Below are positions 37,466-49,896 of a DNA stretch of 64,000 nt, one piece after another. Source of the DNA: Squalus acanthias (lineage: Eukaryota); the NCBI GenBank assembly GCA_030390025.1, contig CM059433.1, positions 3,038,001 to 3,102,000 on the forward strand, in the 5' to 3' direction. Each line of letters starts with the position of its first letter. Within the stretch, counting starts at the first letter, position 1. The notes beneath the pieces were generated by a model. It was not told the DNA's origin, did not search any database, and was given only the letters and a program-made list of their open reading frames with translations. The position numbers and the translations under genes were made by a program.

Positions 37466-38625
37466 TTGTTGCCTCACACGGCATATTGATTCAGGTCAGA
37501 TATATACACTGATAGGTACTGAAAGACCCTTTCGTATAATCATTCTATACAGTAGTAGTTGAGTGCATCTGTCGGTCTTGTTCTTAGAGGTGCACGTATC
37601 ACTGACACCCTCCCGACTTAGCCTGCACAATCTCAAATACTGCTTCTCTGAGAGTCTAAGGTAGTTGACACAGGGGTGGTACATTCTTGGCTGTCAATTC
37701 CTGTTTGTCCTCCAGATCTTCACTGTTGCTGCTGTTGCCTCTGTTACAGGAGGAATTAGACACTTTGGCCTCGATATTAAGCTTCCATAGTGCAATTGGG
37801 GTCGGGAAACTAGGCAGTGAAATGGAGGTGGGAGCTGCCGGCTCCAGAGGGTAAGTGCCTCTGTCAGCACTCCTTGTGGGCCCTGGCCCTGATCGCAGAC
37901 CTCTCCGACCTCCCAGTTTCCAGGAACCATCCCCAGAGGTCCCATTCCGCGGCCTCTTGCTGCTGAAGTTCTTCACCGCCCGTCGGCCAGGCTGTCCAAT
38001 TGGCCGGCTGCAAAAGAAGTTAACGAGGTCCTGCCGTTAAGTTCGGCAGGATCTCCATGTCCCCGACCTTACAGGATTCTTCGGCCGTTTTCAGCCTCAC
38101 CCCGCTCCCTCTCCCCCTCCTTGTAAATATCGGGGCCTTTCACTTTCCAATATGATTCTGGCCAGTTCTAATGGGTATTCTGCAGTATGCTTCGGCATTT
38201 ATTATCTTTCCTTTCTCTACAGTCTCTCTGTCTGTCTGTTTTTCTGTCTATCTCTCTCTCTCTACCTCAATTATGCACAGGAATCAGCCAAGCATGGTTA
38301 AAGACAACCTTTACTTGCCAACAAAGTGATTTCATTGAGCCAGCCAAACTACAATCATCATATAAACAGACTGATAGAAAATATCCATAAACTAGGCTTG
38401 CATTCCCTGTAATATAGAAGGTTGAGGGGTGATTTGATTGAGGTTTTTAGGATTTTGAAAGGAAATGATAGATTAGATTGAGAGAAACTTTTTCCAGTGG
38501 TGGGGGAGTTGAGGACAAGGGGACATATCCTTAAAATCAGAGCCCGGCCATTCAGGAGAGAAGTTAGGAAACATTTCTTCACACAAAGGGTGATAGAAGT
38601 GTGGAACTCTCTCCTACAAAAAGCA

Positions 38626-39154
38626 AAAATGAGAAGTCGCACAACACCAGGTTATAGTCCAACAGATTTATTTAAAATTACAAGCTTTCGGAGCTGTCGC
38701 TCCTTCCTCAGGTAGAGTAGCTGTGAGAGAATCTCCCAGAATTCACAATATAAACACAGAAAAAATGTATTCAAATCTTTCCCTACATCAAAGACACACT
38801 AAGAGCACAGCCAAGACAATGAGATGTGTCCCAGGGGGTCCAACGTGTCAAAACACCTGCTGGCTGCATATCCTCTGCAGTTGACTTTGGTTCTTGTGTT
38901 AGTTTTTTTTTTAAAAAGGCTGGAAAGACCGGCCATGATGTCAAGTCACGTTCTGTATCGTGACATGAAGCCGATATCGCGATTGAGGCCATCCTCATGA
39001 GTGCGGAACTTGGCTATCAGTTTCTGCTCTATGATTTTGCGCTGTCGTGTATCCCGAAGGCCGCCTTGGAGAACGCTTACCCGCAGATCCGAGGCTGAAT
39101 GCCTCTGACTGCTGAAGTGTTCCCCGACTGGGAGGCAACTCTACATCATGACCT
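38626..39154 (-). mobile_element. Penelope-like retroelement, 5'-truncated (GIY-YIG C-terminus + 3' region)
   Basis: Minus LPVGEHFSSQRHSASDLRVSVLQGGLRDTRQRKIIEQKLIAKFRTHEDGLNRDIGFMSRYRT*; 12-bp TSD CTACAAAAAGCA (38614-25, 39155-66). Confidence 0.9.
38679..38714 (-). ncRNA. Minimal type I hammerhead ribozyme motif
   Basis: Minus: TAC-CTGAGGA-A-GGAGC-gaca-GCTCC-GAAA-GCTT-GTA; catalytic core, 5-bp stem II, palindromic AAGCTT stem III, 3-bp stem I. Confidence 0.8.
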
Positions 39155-42034
39155 CTACAAAAAGCAGTGGACGCTAGCTCAGCTAATAATTTTAAATCTG
39201 ATATTGATAGATTTTTGCTAGTCAAGGGTATAGAAGGATATGGAGCCAAGGCAGGTGGATGGAATTAAGATCCAGATCAGCCATGATCTCATTGAATGAC
39301 GGAACAGGCTCGAGGGGCTGAATGGCCTCCTCCTGTTCCTATGTTCCTATCTCAGCACACCAAAAAGAAAACAGAGATTCTAAATAATCTGCTTTATAAT
39401 TAATTCAATTTTCCCTGCACGGTGGAGGTAAAAAATAATAAATGTTTGAACAAAATATATACAAATTATAATAACTTTCAGAGAGAAAATCAGCTCATGT
39501 ACAATCATTGAATAAGCAAACATTTCTATCGAGCTGGAGGCTGAATTTTGTTTTTGAGAATCAGTAAACCCCAGCTAATTTGTAGCTTTCCTTATTCACT
39601 AAGCAGGAAATCAGAAGAACCCGCGGAAATTCAGGGCTCTCCGGTTTATATAGCATGTCTAGATACAGGACTTTTGACTGGAATAGTAGTACAGTCTTTG
39701 CAGCCTCTTTTTTTTCTACTGTTCTTTTTGTGTCCTCTCTCAAATACATATCGACACATGAATGAAAGCGATGCAACTAGTTCAACAGCTCAGAACAGAT
39801 TACTAAATGTGCAAACAATCCAAAATTTCAAGTGGAAACTTTCATTTGTAACACTTGCACTGACAGGCTGATTCAGCCAAGAAAAAAACAACTTGTCACT
39901 GAAATTGTCATGCTACCGAGTTCTCCGTATCATCTTTATCGGCAACCTGCACAGATATAGCAGAACCTCTTATTTGGATAGAAACGCAAAATAAATGTGA
40001 CCAGTGTGAGGTTTACTCGAGCTCCCCTCAGTTGATGGGCACTTACTAAGGTAAATATGTCTTGCATTCGATCAAAAAATTACTTTGGACAATTACTCAA
40101 AAAGCACTTCTGCAATGTTAATATATACGTTAACAGTGGACAAATCTTCTGTTCTCATGAAAGACTTTCATTATGCACCATTAATGCAGAAATAATCTCT
40201 GTGTTACAACAAGCAATGAGCGTATTATCCATGCTTTAAGCACGTAATTAATGAGGAAGAAAGAAATGGACAGATTCTATGGTGATGAAATAGACAGTCA
40301 AGACAGACACAAGAAAAGTTATTATAATTCCATGGGCTAAATGTTATGAGTTAGCGCTCCCATCGTGGAGTCACGTTTGTCAGGAAGACAGATCAGACAG
40401 TTGCTCAGAGAGATCAGCATGATTCTCACGATTTTCTGGCATTAAAAATAATAATCAAAAAATTGGGAGGGATGCAAATCAGTTCCATTGACCTCTGCGT
40501 CCAGTTGTCTGTTGTGCCCTGGTGTTATGCCAGGCTCCCTGGTGAGTGTACCAGCTCGTGAAATGTTCCTCTAGACATTCAGAAACAATAATCTCTGTTT
40601 CAGAATGTGTTCAGGTTCAAAACACTGGGTAAACTGCTCTTTCATTTATGGTATCATCTGAACAAGCTTGAGTGCATCACTGCATTGTATGTACATTGAT
40701 CACTCTACATTTTCTGTATTAACTCTGATTGAATAGGAATTTTTAGCCCAGATATCTATTATTCAGTTTATTTTAAATTCAATTAACATTTAATAGGTAT
40801 GGTGTCAGATTTTGTGACTGGTAATTGTTACTAGGAAAAGGTGAATGGAAAAGAGAAGCAAAGACTGCTGCAATGTCTAACATAAGTCTTTTACAGTTTT
40901 TGAAACACAGTGAAGTTGTTGTGTCTTTTACACGATTGCCTTCCATGACAAGAACAAAGTGTGCTTTGATTATGGAATAATACGGAATAATACAGCTAAA
41001 AAATGTTTCCCAATTGGAATCCCTATTCAAAAATAATGAGATGATAAACAGGAGCAGTTTCATCAAACAGCAAAGAGAAAAGGAAAACCACCCATGGGTC
41101 CACCATGCAAAGCTTTTTTTTCTTGACCTTTTCTTTTACGTGCAGTCCTAGACCTAAAAATCGGAGCGGGAGTAATTGTTTCAACAAGGCAAAGTGACTG
41201 AGTGCTTATTCCTCGCAGGGCTTATTAAAACAGTTTTTGACAGAATGACTATAGTAGCTGTCGTTCCTCTTAATTTGTAGATTGTTGGGTTTTTGAAAGC
41301 TTGAGAAATGAAAAGTAAATATTCTATATTCTGTCAATGGAGACAAGGTCAAAGCCTTAGGGAGAAAAGTCCAATAATACACTATCTGTACATCCATCAT
41401 ACGCTGTTGTTACAAGCCACCATAACAATTGCTTCCCTTTAAACTGAATTCAAATACATATTGTAAGAATTACGAGAGGTTTTCATTTGCTGGATGTTAT
41501 TTTTGAAAATTAGTGCCTTTTTGCTTTTCTTTCCTGAGGAAGAAAATGACATTGCTGATTATAGAACGAGGCCACCATTCAGAAATATAATGCAACTGGC
41601 TTCTGAAATGTTCTGCCTTTTAATATGTATTGGATGATATTCACAGTACCTGTCCTAATTTATGACTTGTTGCCTGATCTACTCAATTTCGTGACTTGTT
41701 GATACTTTCAGTAAACAGAGAATGAGCCACACAACCATTTGTTATGCTGCAGTTTCTGAGGAAGCTCAGTGGGTTGACGGCAACTATCTGATCTGCATAA
41801 GTTTGATTTGTTTAAGACTAGTAGCAGAAACTCTGGCATCATTTTATTTCCCCCCCATGACTTGTTGAAGAGAATCTGATGGCAGGGCTATGGGCAGCAT
41901 GAGTAAAGTTCCTTCTAACCTCAATGAACCACCTCCAACCCTAACTGAGACCCCAGACATGGCATAAAGATTTTTGTTGACAAATAAATCTAGTTGTTAC
42001 TTAGTCTGTATTTGTTAGAACTCAGGGTTCTACT

Positions 42035-42495
42035 AAGAAGCTGGACACCATCCAGGACAACGCAGCCCGCTTGATTGACACCCCATTCACCACCTTAAAC
42101 ATTCACTCCCTCCACCACCGGCGCACTGTGGCTGCAGTATGTACCATCTACAAGATGCACTGCAGCAACTCACCAAGGCTTCTTCAGCAACACCTCCCAA
42201 ATCCGCGACCTCTTCCATCTAGAAGGACAAGGACAGCAGGCTCATGGGAACGCCACCACCTCCAAGTTCCCCTCCAAGTCACACACCATCCTGACTTAGA
42301 AGTATATCACCGATCATTCATCGTCACTGGGTCAAAATCCTGGAACTCCCTCCCTAACAGCACTGTGGGAGTACCTTCACCACACGGACTGCAGCAGTTC
42401 AAGAAGGCGGCTCACCACCACCTTCTCAAGGGCAATTAGGGATGGGCAATAAACGCTGGCCTTGCCAGCGACGTCCGCATCCCATGAACGAATAT
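42035..42495 (+). mobile_element. CR1-group (Zenon-like) LINE 3' end
   Basis: Near-identical to 10345-10800 (KKLDTIQDNAARLI..SLHHRRTVAAV). Confidence 0.9.
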
Positions 42496-42600
42496 AATAT
42501 ACAGTGCTGTCCTCTTTACTTAATATGAACAAAAATCATTAAAGATTGTCTAACCTCATCTGGTGAATCTGCACTGTAGGGTTGGCAGCCCATTATTTTA

Positions 42601-43690
42601 GGGGGAATTTTAACTCTGCCTGATTGGAAAGAAGGGAGCAGGAGAGAAGTTAAAATGGAGCAGCTCCACTTCCTGCTCCATTCCTGTCGTTCTGCGCTAA
42701 TAACGCTGCTGGATTTGGCGGCAGACTCTGGCGGGATCCTCGTTAGTAAATGCAAATCAGGATCCTGTGATGTATATGGGACCTTGATGCCATTTTAACC
42801 TGCCCCTGAGCTGGGCTCCTGCTGCACCTGCCCCACCAGCTAAAGCTGTCGAAAGCGAGCGAGGCCCCCTAAGGTGAGTTCAAAAGCTTTGCTTAGTGGG
42901 GCCAGTAGGAGCAGAACTATTTCACCAGGCCCCCCAAGGGAAGTGCGGGCCTCTGCTGCCCATGCTCCCCCATTCTCTCCAGCCATGAGACCCTCGCGCC
43001 CCGCTCTCCTGGACTTACTTTGCTGTCGGCAGCCTTCTCCTGATGCCGGGGAGCGGCCTCTGGACCACCAGATCTTCATCCTCCTGAGTGTCAGCTGTGG
43101 CTCAGTGGGTAGCACACTTGCCTCTGAGTCAGAAGGTTGTGGGTTCATAGTCCCACTCCATGGGACTTGAGCACAGAAAGCTAGGCTGACACTCCAGTGC
43201 AGTGCTGAGGGAGTGCTGCACTGTCAGAGGGGCCGTCTTTTGGATGAGACGTTAAACCGAGGCCCTGTCTGCTCTCTCCGGTGGACGTAAAAGATCCCAT
43301 GGCATTATTCTGAAGAGGAGCAGGGGAGTTAGCCCCGGTGTCCTGGGGCCAATATTTATCCCTCAACCAACATCACTAAAACAGATTATCTGGTCATTAT
43401 CACATTGCCGTTTGTGGGAGCTTGCTGTGCGCAAATTGGCTGCTGCGTTTCCCACATTACAACAGCGACTCCACTTCAAATAGTACTTCATTGGCTGTAA
43501 AGTGCTTTGAGACGTCCGGTGGTCGTGAAAGACGCTATAGAAATGCAAGTCTTTCTTTATTCTTTCCTCTGCCGGTAACGGCTGAGCAGATGAGGTCCGC
43601 CAGTTAAAATCGGCCAAGCTGCCGACTCACACTCCCGGTAGGAATGCCGTCGACTCCCACTGACTTCCCGATGAGCGGTAAAATCGGCCC
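42601..43690. mobile_element. Harbinger-type MITE interrupted by a SINE
   Basis: GGGGGAATTTTAAC / GGTAAAATCGGCCC termini. Confidence 0.65.
43088..43565 (+). mobile_element. SacSINE1/DeuSINE-type SINE, full length
   Basis: tRNA-like head (TGGCTCAGTGGG A box, GGTTCA B-box-like), Deu domain, and L2-like tail ending in (CTTT)n. Confidence 0.95.
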
Positions 43691-44387
43691 TTTGATATTG
43701 GTGGTAGTTTTAACTCTTGGCAATGGCGTAAAACGGGAGATGCCGTCAATGGAAAGAAAAATTGGCCGGGGTGTATGATGGCCGTTTGCTCCAATATCAC
43801 TCATCTTACGCCATCTGCAAAAGTTTCTATTATCCCGAGGTTTGCTTTTTCCTCCATGTTCAGCTGCACAGTTTTGGGACTCACCTCTCTGTCAATGCGA
43901 GTTATGGGAAAGCAGTTGTGGAATCCCACAGATCGACATCTTTTCTGGGCTTAGCTGTGGATTGGGAGTCTAGCTGGAAATATTCAGGAACAGGTGACGG
44001 CTATTATGTAACTGACCATATTGTGATGGTGCCTCACATTTTATGATGCTGATAATCTTATTTGACTATTTATTACTGATGATAAATTTCTTTAAATATT
44101 TATGTTATGCTGTCATTCACCTGCATAACAACTTTACTTTAGAGCAAAGTAATAGATTCATCATCCATACATTTTCAGTTTGTCATTGGTTCTGTTGTGT
44201 TTTCAGAAGCAAATTCCACTTCATTCAGATGACTACTTTTGCAAAAGGGTTGAAATAGTTTGAGGTCTTTCACCATTAGAATAGTTGCCCTGTTAAAGCA
44301 AACATCACAGCGCTACATTCAAATAATGGTTGATGGAGACAAGCAACTGATGTAAGCTACAGTGCAGTGTAAAGGTACAATGACAAT

Positions 44388-45140
44388 GGCCCTGAAATTC
44401 GCCTCTCCGGCTTGCCGTGGGGGTAAGGATCGCGCGCACTCTTACCTACCGCGCCTACCATTGTGTTTTGGGCCCACGGGGACTTCAGCTCCTGGGCCTG
44501 CTCCAAGTGCCGGCGTGCAGTGCTTGCGTGTCCCAGGGGCGCAGTTAGTGCGATGCGTCCCCTGGGATCACGTGGGCCATGGAGAGCCAATGGCAGCAGA
44601 CCATCTTTCATTCATAGATTTGACAGGAAGACCTCTCAAATCTGTGAATTGAAATCGGCCCCAAAAGAACAGCTAAACTTCAAATAAATTTTTAAAAAAC
44701 CATCACATTTATAAAATAACTATAGTTAAATAAATTAACTACTTTAATCAAAAATTAAAATTTTTGAAAAAATTAAAATACTTTTTAACAGTGCTAAAAA
44801 TAAACTTACCTTTCTTTAAAGTATCTAAAAAAGATAAACCTGTTGAAAATGTTTTAAATTATACTTAATGAACCACTTACCTTGTTGAAAACGGCTCCTG
44901 CGCCTCCTTTTTAAAAGCGTAGGTTCTTCAATACTTACCCTCCCGTAGAAACCTGAAAAAAAACCTAAGTTTGCTGCGTGCGCGCAGCCTCTACCGCGCA
45001 CGCGGTTCACCTCTGAACCGCTCCCTCCACGAGACCGGAAGTTCCAGTTTCCCGTGCATGCAGGAAACCGGCACTTCGGGACGCCTTACGGGTGAGTACA
45101 CACGCTGTACTCACCCTGGGAAGGGCCGAATTTTTGGCCC
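44388..45140. mobile_element. Harbinger-type MITE with GC-rich arms and an AT-rich core
   Basis: TIR GGCCCTGAAATTC / GAATTTTTGGCCC; AAT TSD (44385-87, 45141-43). Confidence 0.85.
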
Positions 45141-45149
45141 AATATTTTA

Positions 45150-45480
45150 ATGGGAGTTTTTAAATTTGGGAAGGTTTTTGATACGGTGACTGGGGAAAGA
45201 CTATTTCCTCTGGTTGAAGAGTCAGTAATGAAGGGGTCATCAATTTAAAATTACCACTTGGACAGCAAGAGAGACATTAGGAGAAATTTCTTTACACAAT
45301 GTTGTTCGAGCTTTTCCACAAGGAATAGTTGAGGCAGAGGCCATTGCAGCTTTTAAGAGAAGAGTAGCCAAGGATGATACAGGACTATGGGGAGAAAGCA
45401 GGTTAATGGAATTAGTTTTGAAATGTTCCAGCAAAGAATTGGCACAGAGACGATGGGCCGAATAACCTCCTTTCTGTGCG
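45150..45480 (+). mobile_element. Old CR1 3' fragment
   Basis: Decayed LFPL..GHQFK..RRNFFTQ; GATGGGCCGAATAACCTCCTTTCTGTG 3' hairpin. Confidence 0.8.
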
Positions 45481-45499
45481 TTAAGCATCTGTGGTTCTC

Positions 45500-45790
45500 T
45501 GAATGCTCCAATTGGCCTCAGAACCACTGGGTTAAGGAGAGGAAAACCACGGTTGCCACTTTTGTTTGCTATCCATCAATCTCCGTTACAAGTGTGCGAT
45601 GGGCATCTTGTGAGGATAAGATCAGGGTCTGGTGTGATGCTCACCACAGTCAATTAATCCGCCTACATTCACTGAGAAGACTCAGATTTGAATGATGACC
45701 ACTTCAGAAAGGTCCCGGAGGATAATCATTGCCTGTGCAATCACAGCCCAGCAAGACTAAGAAAATTGGTGAGAAATTAAACAAAAAAAA
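45500..45790 (+). mobile_element. Degraded SINE/LINE 3' portion
   Basis: Resembles a recalled shark SINE body (GTGAGGATAAGATCAGG..TGTGATGC..CCACTT..CCCAGCAAGA) with an A-rich end; not verifiable here. Confidence 0.35.
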
Positions 45791-46650
45791 CAGACCATGA
45801 CCTGCTCCACAAAATACTGATTTAATCTGATTGAAACAAATGATATTACAACTGAATTCCTGTATGATTTTAACTGAGTAAAGCAGATTTATATCAGATT
45901 AATAGCGTTGAACTAACATATATTGCTGTGGTGTTCTGTTGGCATACAATACAGCATAATGTGAAATTTCTGCACGTTCAGCCCTCATTGTGAAGAATAA
46001 TTCAGAATCCAGACTGCTAAAAATGTGAATTGCATTCCATTCTTGGGATGACTCAGAGTATAAAAAAAATTGTAGGGTAATTCAGTTTAAAATCTGACAG
46101 GGAAAAAAATCCCTTCGAGTTTATCAGTCCACCCAGACACTATTGGTTCATACCCTGTTGCAGCAGTTAATTTATTCAATGCCGCTATTGTATCTGGTTG
46201 CTGAGTGAGCGGAAAATCCACTATCCGGAATGGGTGAAGGGCTACCATCAGAACTACCCAGTAAACAATGTTGCATCAATGACAATATGAGCCTTCTGGA
46301 AATTGTTTCCTTCAACAATATTATAAAAATACAGAAGTTTAATTTAAAAAACTGACCAAGGGGTCTAAATTCAACACAGTTGTGCCCGATTTGCGAGCCT
46401 GAAATGAGTGCGACGATAACCAGTTTAGCAGGGCCGGGGCCTGTGCCTGATCTGCACGGGCATTCGAGCCACTGTTCAATTGGTCGGGGCTGTATTTTTT
46501 TTAGGCGGCCCTGGCCCTCAACCTTTTAAACTCACGGGAATATAAAGCAGGCTTATGCAACCTGTCCTCGTTGTTTAACCCTTTACGCCCTGGTATAATT
46601 TTGGTGAATCTGCGCTGTGCCCTCTCCATGATTGGCCCTCCGTTGGGCAT

Positions 46651-48071
46651 TGTAAGATTTGGATCACCAGTCACACACAGATTACCTAAAGGGTCTTAGG
46701 AGTTGTAAGGCTTTTTATTAAAGAGCTACAGTTTAAAGTATAATCAGATATTACTACATGTGATTGAAAGGGTTTGAGTATAGGAACAGGGATGTCCTGC
46801 TGCAGTTGTACAGGGCCTTGGTGAGACCACACCTTGAGTACTGTGTGCAGTTTTGGTCGACTTATCTGAGGAAGGATGTTCTTGCCATGGAAGGAGTTCA
46901 GTGAAGATTCACAAGGCTGATACCTGGGATGGCAGGAATGACATATGAGGAGAGATTGGGTCGATTGGGCTTATACTCGCTGGAGTATAGAAGAATGAGA
47001 GGGGATCTCATCGAAACATATAAAATTCTGACAGGTCTGGACAAACTAGATGCAGGAAGAATGTTCCCGATGGTCGGAGAGTCCAGAACCAGGGGTCATA
47101 ATCTAAGGATAAGGGGTAAGCCATTTAGGACAGAAATGAGGAAGAATTTCTTCACCCAGAGAGTGGTGAACCTGTGGAATTCTCTACCACAGAAGGTAGT
47201 TGAGGCCAAGTCATTAAATATATTCAAGAATGAGTTAGATATATTTCTTAAAGCTAAAGGTATCAAGGGATATGGGGAGAAGACAGGTACAGGGTACTGA
47301 GTTTGGATGATCAGCCATGATCTCATAGAATGGCGGAGCAGGCTCGAGGGGCCGAATGGCCTACTCCTGCTCCTATCTTCGATGTTTCTATGTTTCTATG
47401 AAATAGATACAGTAGACACAACAACCCGTGACCGATGAGGGCGATCTACCACCCTGGAACGGAATGAAACGACCGGACGGACGGTGAGGCAGTACGGTGG
47501 CCTCGGATTGGGTGGATTCCTGCAGTCTGCGGCAGCGGTCACTTCCATTGGGTCATCCCTCGAGTTGTTGGAGGTGTTAGGCCGTCAGCCACCTCAGCGG
47601 CTAAACTTGACCAAGGTGTTAGGCCATAGCCACCTCGGGGAAGCCTTCAACCCTAACTGCCTGACTATTTCTTTCTCGGTCTTTTATTTTTATACCTTAT
47701 TTCGATGGGCTGGTGGATACCTGGTGTCAATCATTTTTACCCATCGCATTGTCCAATTACAAGAGAGAGGCTACCTATGACAGCCCCCTCCCAGCCTCAT
47801 GAGGTCATTTTCCTCCTTATCTCTGTTCTAAAGGTCTTGTTGCCCTCTTGTAGACAGCTTGTTTATCCTACAGCTCCTTGCTGCATCCCGTATCAGGCTG
47901 AGCTATGCCCACTCCAAGGCCTGTTTTTGTGTTCTGACCTCGTAATTCAGCTCTCTGTACAGCTATTTTTCTGACATGACTGGAATCTTTCTGTGTCATC
48001 AACTTAGACAAACTGCTGATCGAGGGAACCCCTAACAGACTATTATTTCTTCCAGTCCACGATTTCTTACA
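46651..48071 (-). mobile_element. Solo LTR (~785 bp) with a nested CR1
   Basis: TGTAAGA..TCTTACA 7-bp inverted termini; GCAT/GCAC TSD; minus-strand TATAAAA (~47687-94) and AATAAA (~46714-19); internal direct repeat AGGTGTTAGGCC..AGCCACCTC. Confidence 0.8.
46766..47400 (+). mobile_element. CR1 3' fragment
   Basis: ORF 46929-47300 (YEERLGRLGLYSLEYRRMRGDLIE); (ATGTTTCT)n tail. Confidence 0.95.
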
Positions 48072-48579
48072 GCACCCCACTCCATTAATTTCAGTGGAAA
48101 GGAAAACCAGGCAGGGTGTGTAACGGGGGGCTGATTCACTTTTGCCAGTTTTCCACACGGCTATGAAAGTTAAAACTGAGCCCAGTGTATTTAACTGGGG
48201 GTGAATACCCAAGGCATCACTTGGCTTTGCCCGATGGCCCGGTGCGCTGAACAGACAATTAGCGCACACCTTCTCATTCATCACTTTAAAATTAATTCAC
48301 GGCTGTCATCAGCAGAAACTGAAGTGTGCTCTGTTGAAAATAATGTACTGACAATTATATACCTACTGTGTCTGTTTCATTCTACTGTTCTGTAACCTTT
48401 TCTTGTGATTGCATTTATTGAACATGACCTTTTCTATCATTGCTCCTTGTAGCTGAATTTTTACCTCATGATGTCTTTGCCCATTTTCCCTGCAGAAGAA
48501 TCTTAAAGGAAAAGTGTATTGTACTAAATTGTCATATAATTCAGAATGCTGAAAATGAAAATGCTAACTGGTGTCTCTC

Positions 48580-49895
48580 AGTCACTCAACATTGTCCTTA
48601 GACTGGAAGCTAGCTCATGCAGTTCCTATTTTCAAAAAAGGGGACAAATCGGAGCCAGGGAACTATAGGCCTATCAGCCTGACATCTGCTATTGGGAAGA
48701 TGGTGGAAGGGATCGTTTATGATCAATAGGAAAGGGAAAGGGCCATTAGAGATTCCCAACACGGCTTCTGAAAAAATAGGCTGTGCCTAACAAATTTGAT
48801 AACATTTTTTGAGGCATTTACTAGGGTAGTGGATGAGGGAAATTCAGTAGACATTGTCTACCTGGACTTTCTGAAAGCCTTTGCTAAGGTAGCTCACATT
48901 AGGTTATTTCACAGGATAGAATCTTGTGGTATCAGTAGAAACTTGTAACGCTGGATTAGGAATTGGCTCCAATCCCGCAGCCAAAAGTTGTAGTTAACGG
49001 TTGTGGTTCAGCTTGGAGACATGTTACTAGTGGTGTCCTCCAGGGATCGCTCCCAGGCCCGCTACCCTGGACAGTGGTGTTGGGAGTATGGTAAATACAT
49101 TTGCAGATGACACTGAAATCTGTGCAAGTGTTGAGAAGGTAGAGGAGTGTAATCAAATACAGAAAGATTTAGATGGGCTGGCGGAGTGCGCCACACATTG
49201 GCAAATGGCATTTAATTTTGATAAATCTGGTGTCATGCATGTTGGTAGGGCCAACACAGAAAACACCTATCATTTGCAAGGAACACTACTGAAAGTGGTT
49301 GAGATAAATATCTTGGTGTTATTGTCCACTAAAGGTTCATGACCAATGTGGAGAAACTGTAGCAAAAGCTATTGGATTGTATTAATAGAACCATTCAGTA
49401 TAAATTAAAGAACACCGTTTTGACACTATACAGGCCACTGGTCAGACTGCATCTAGAGTACTGGGCCCAGTTTTGGTCCCACCACATGGGAGATGACATA
49501 GTGGCCTTGGCAAAGGTCCAGAGGAGAGCTACAAGAATGATTCCCAGCTTAAACAACCTCAGCTACTCCGATAGGCTCAAGCACCTTTAGAGCAGTGCAG
49601 GCTTAGAGGTGACCTGATAGAGATCTATAAAATAATTAAAGGGCTGGATGGAGTCCCTACTGATAGAGTATTCCTGTTTAACGGATTGGGGGTGACCAGG
49701 GGACGTGGGTTTAAACTATGTAAGAATGGGAATAGACTGGGTGTTGGGTAGCTCTCCTTTCCCCAGACAGCAGTGAGCCTCTGGAATGTGTTGCCTGGCG
49801 CGGTGGGTGCTGATTCGCTGACTCAAGAGGGAGCTGAACCGGTTCCTGACTGGGGCAGAGATCGCATCGTAGAGAAGGTCAGTGTCTTTATAGAA
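48580..49895 (+). mobile_element. Old CR1 (RT to 3' end); its tail probably continues at 51557-51640
   Basis: PIFKKGDKSEPGNYRPISLTS, VYLDFLKAF, FADDTEI, LVRLHLEYWAQFWS. Confidence 0.9.
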
Positions 49896-49896
49896 A

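Larger units (their letters stand above)
35460..38137 (-). mobile_element. Decayed autonomous-type PIF/Harbinger transposon (transposase on -), interrupted by CR1 and LTR
   Basis: Minus 37470-37700 PRMYHPCVNYLRLSEKQYLRLCRLSRE; minus ~36290-36690 THVA..MNRK*YFSMNIHLVCD..ILQVNARVQGSSHNAFIL..RLL*DVAY..WLFT (HARBI1 DDE core); AAATATCGGGGCC right terminus. The left boundary is uncertain. Confidence 0.78.
38388..39350 (+). mobile_element. CR1 3' fragment split by a Penelope insertion
   Basis: LGLHSL..RRLRGDLIEVF..KHFFTQRVIEVWNSLLQKA, resuming at 39155; ATGTTCCT tail. Confidence 0.92.

Noticed and set aside
43088..43170. tRNA genes (also 22467, 25693, 62104)
   Set aside because: The A/B boxes belong to SINE heads that continue into SINE bodies; no complete cloverleaf.
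43864..43993. Candidate exon on either strand
   Set aside because: Plausible AG/GT boundaries, but the translations are unrecognisable or contain stops.
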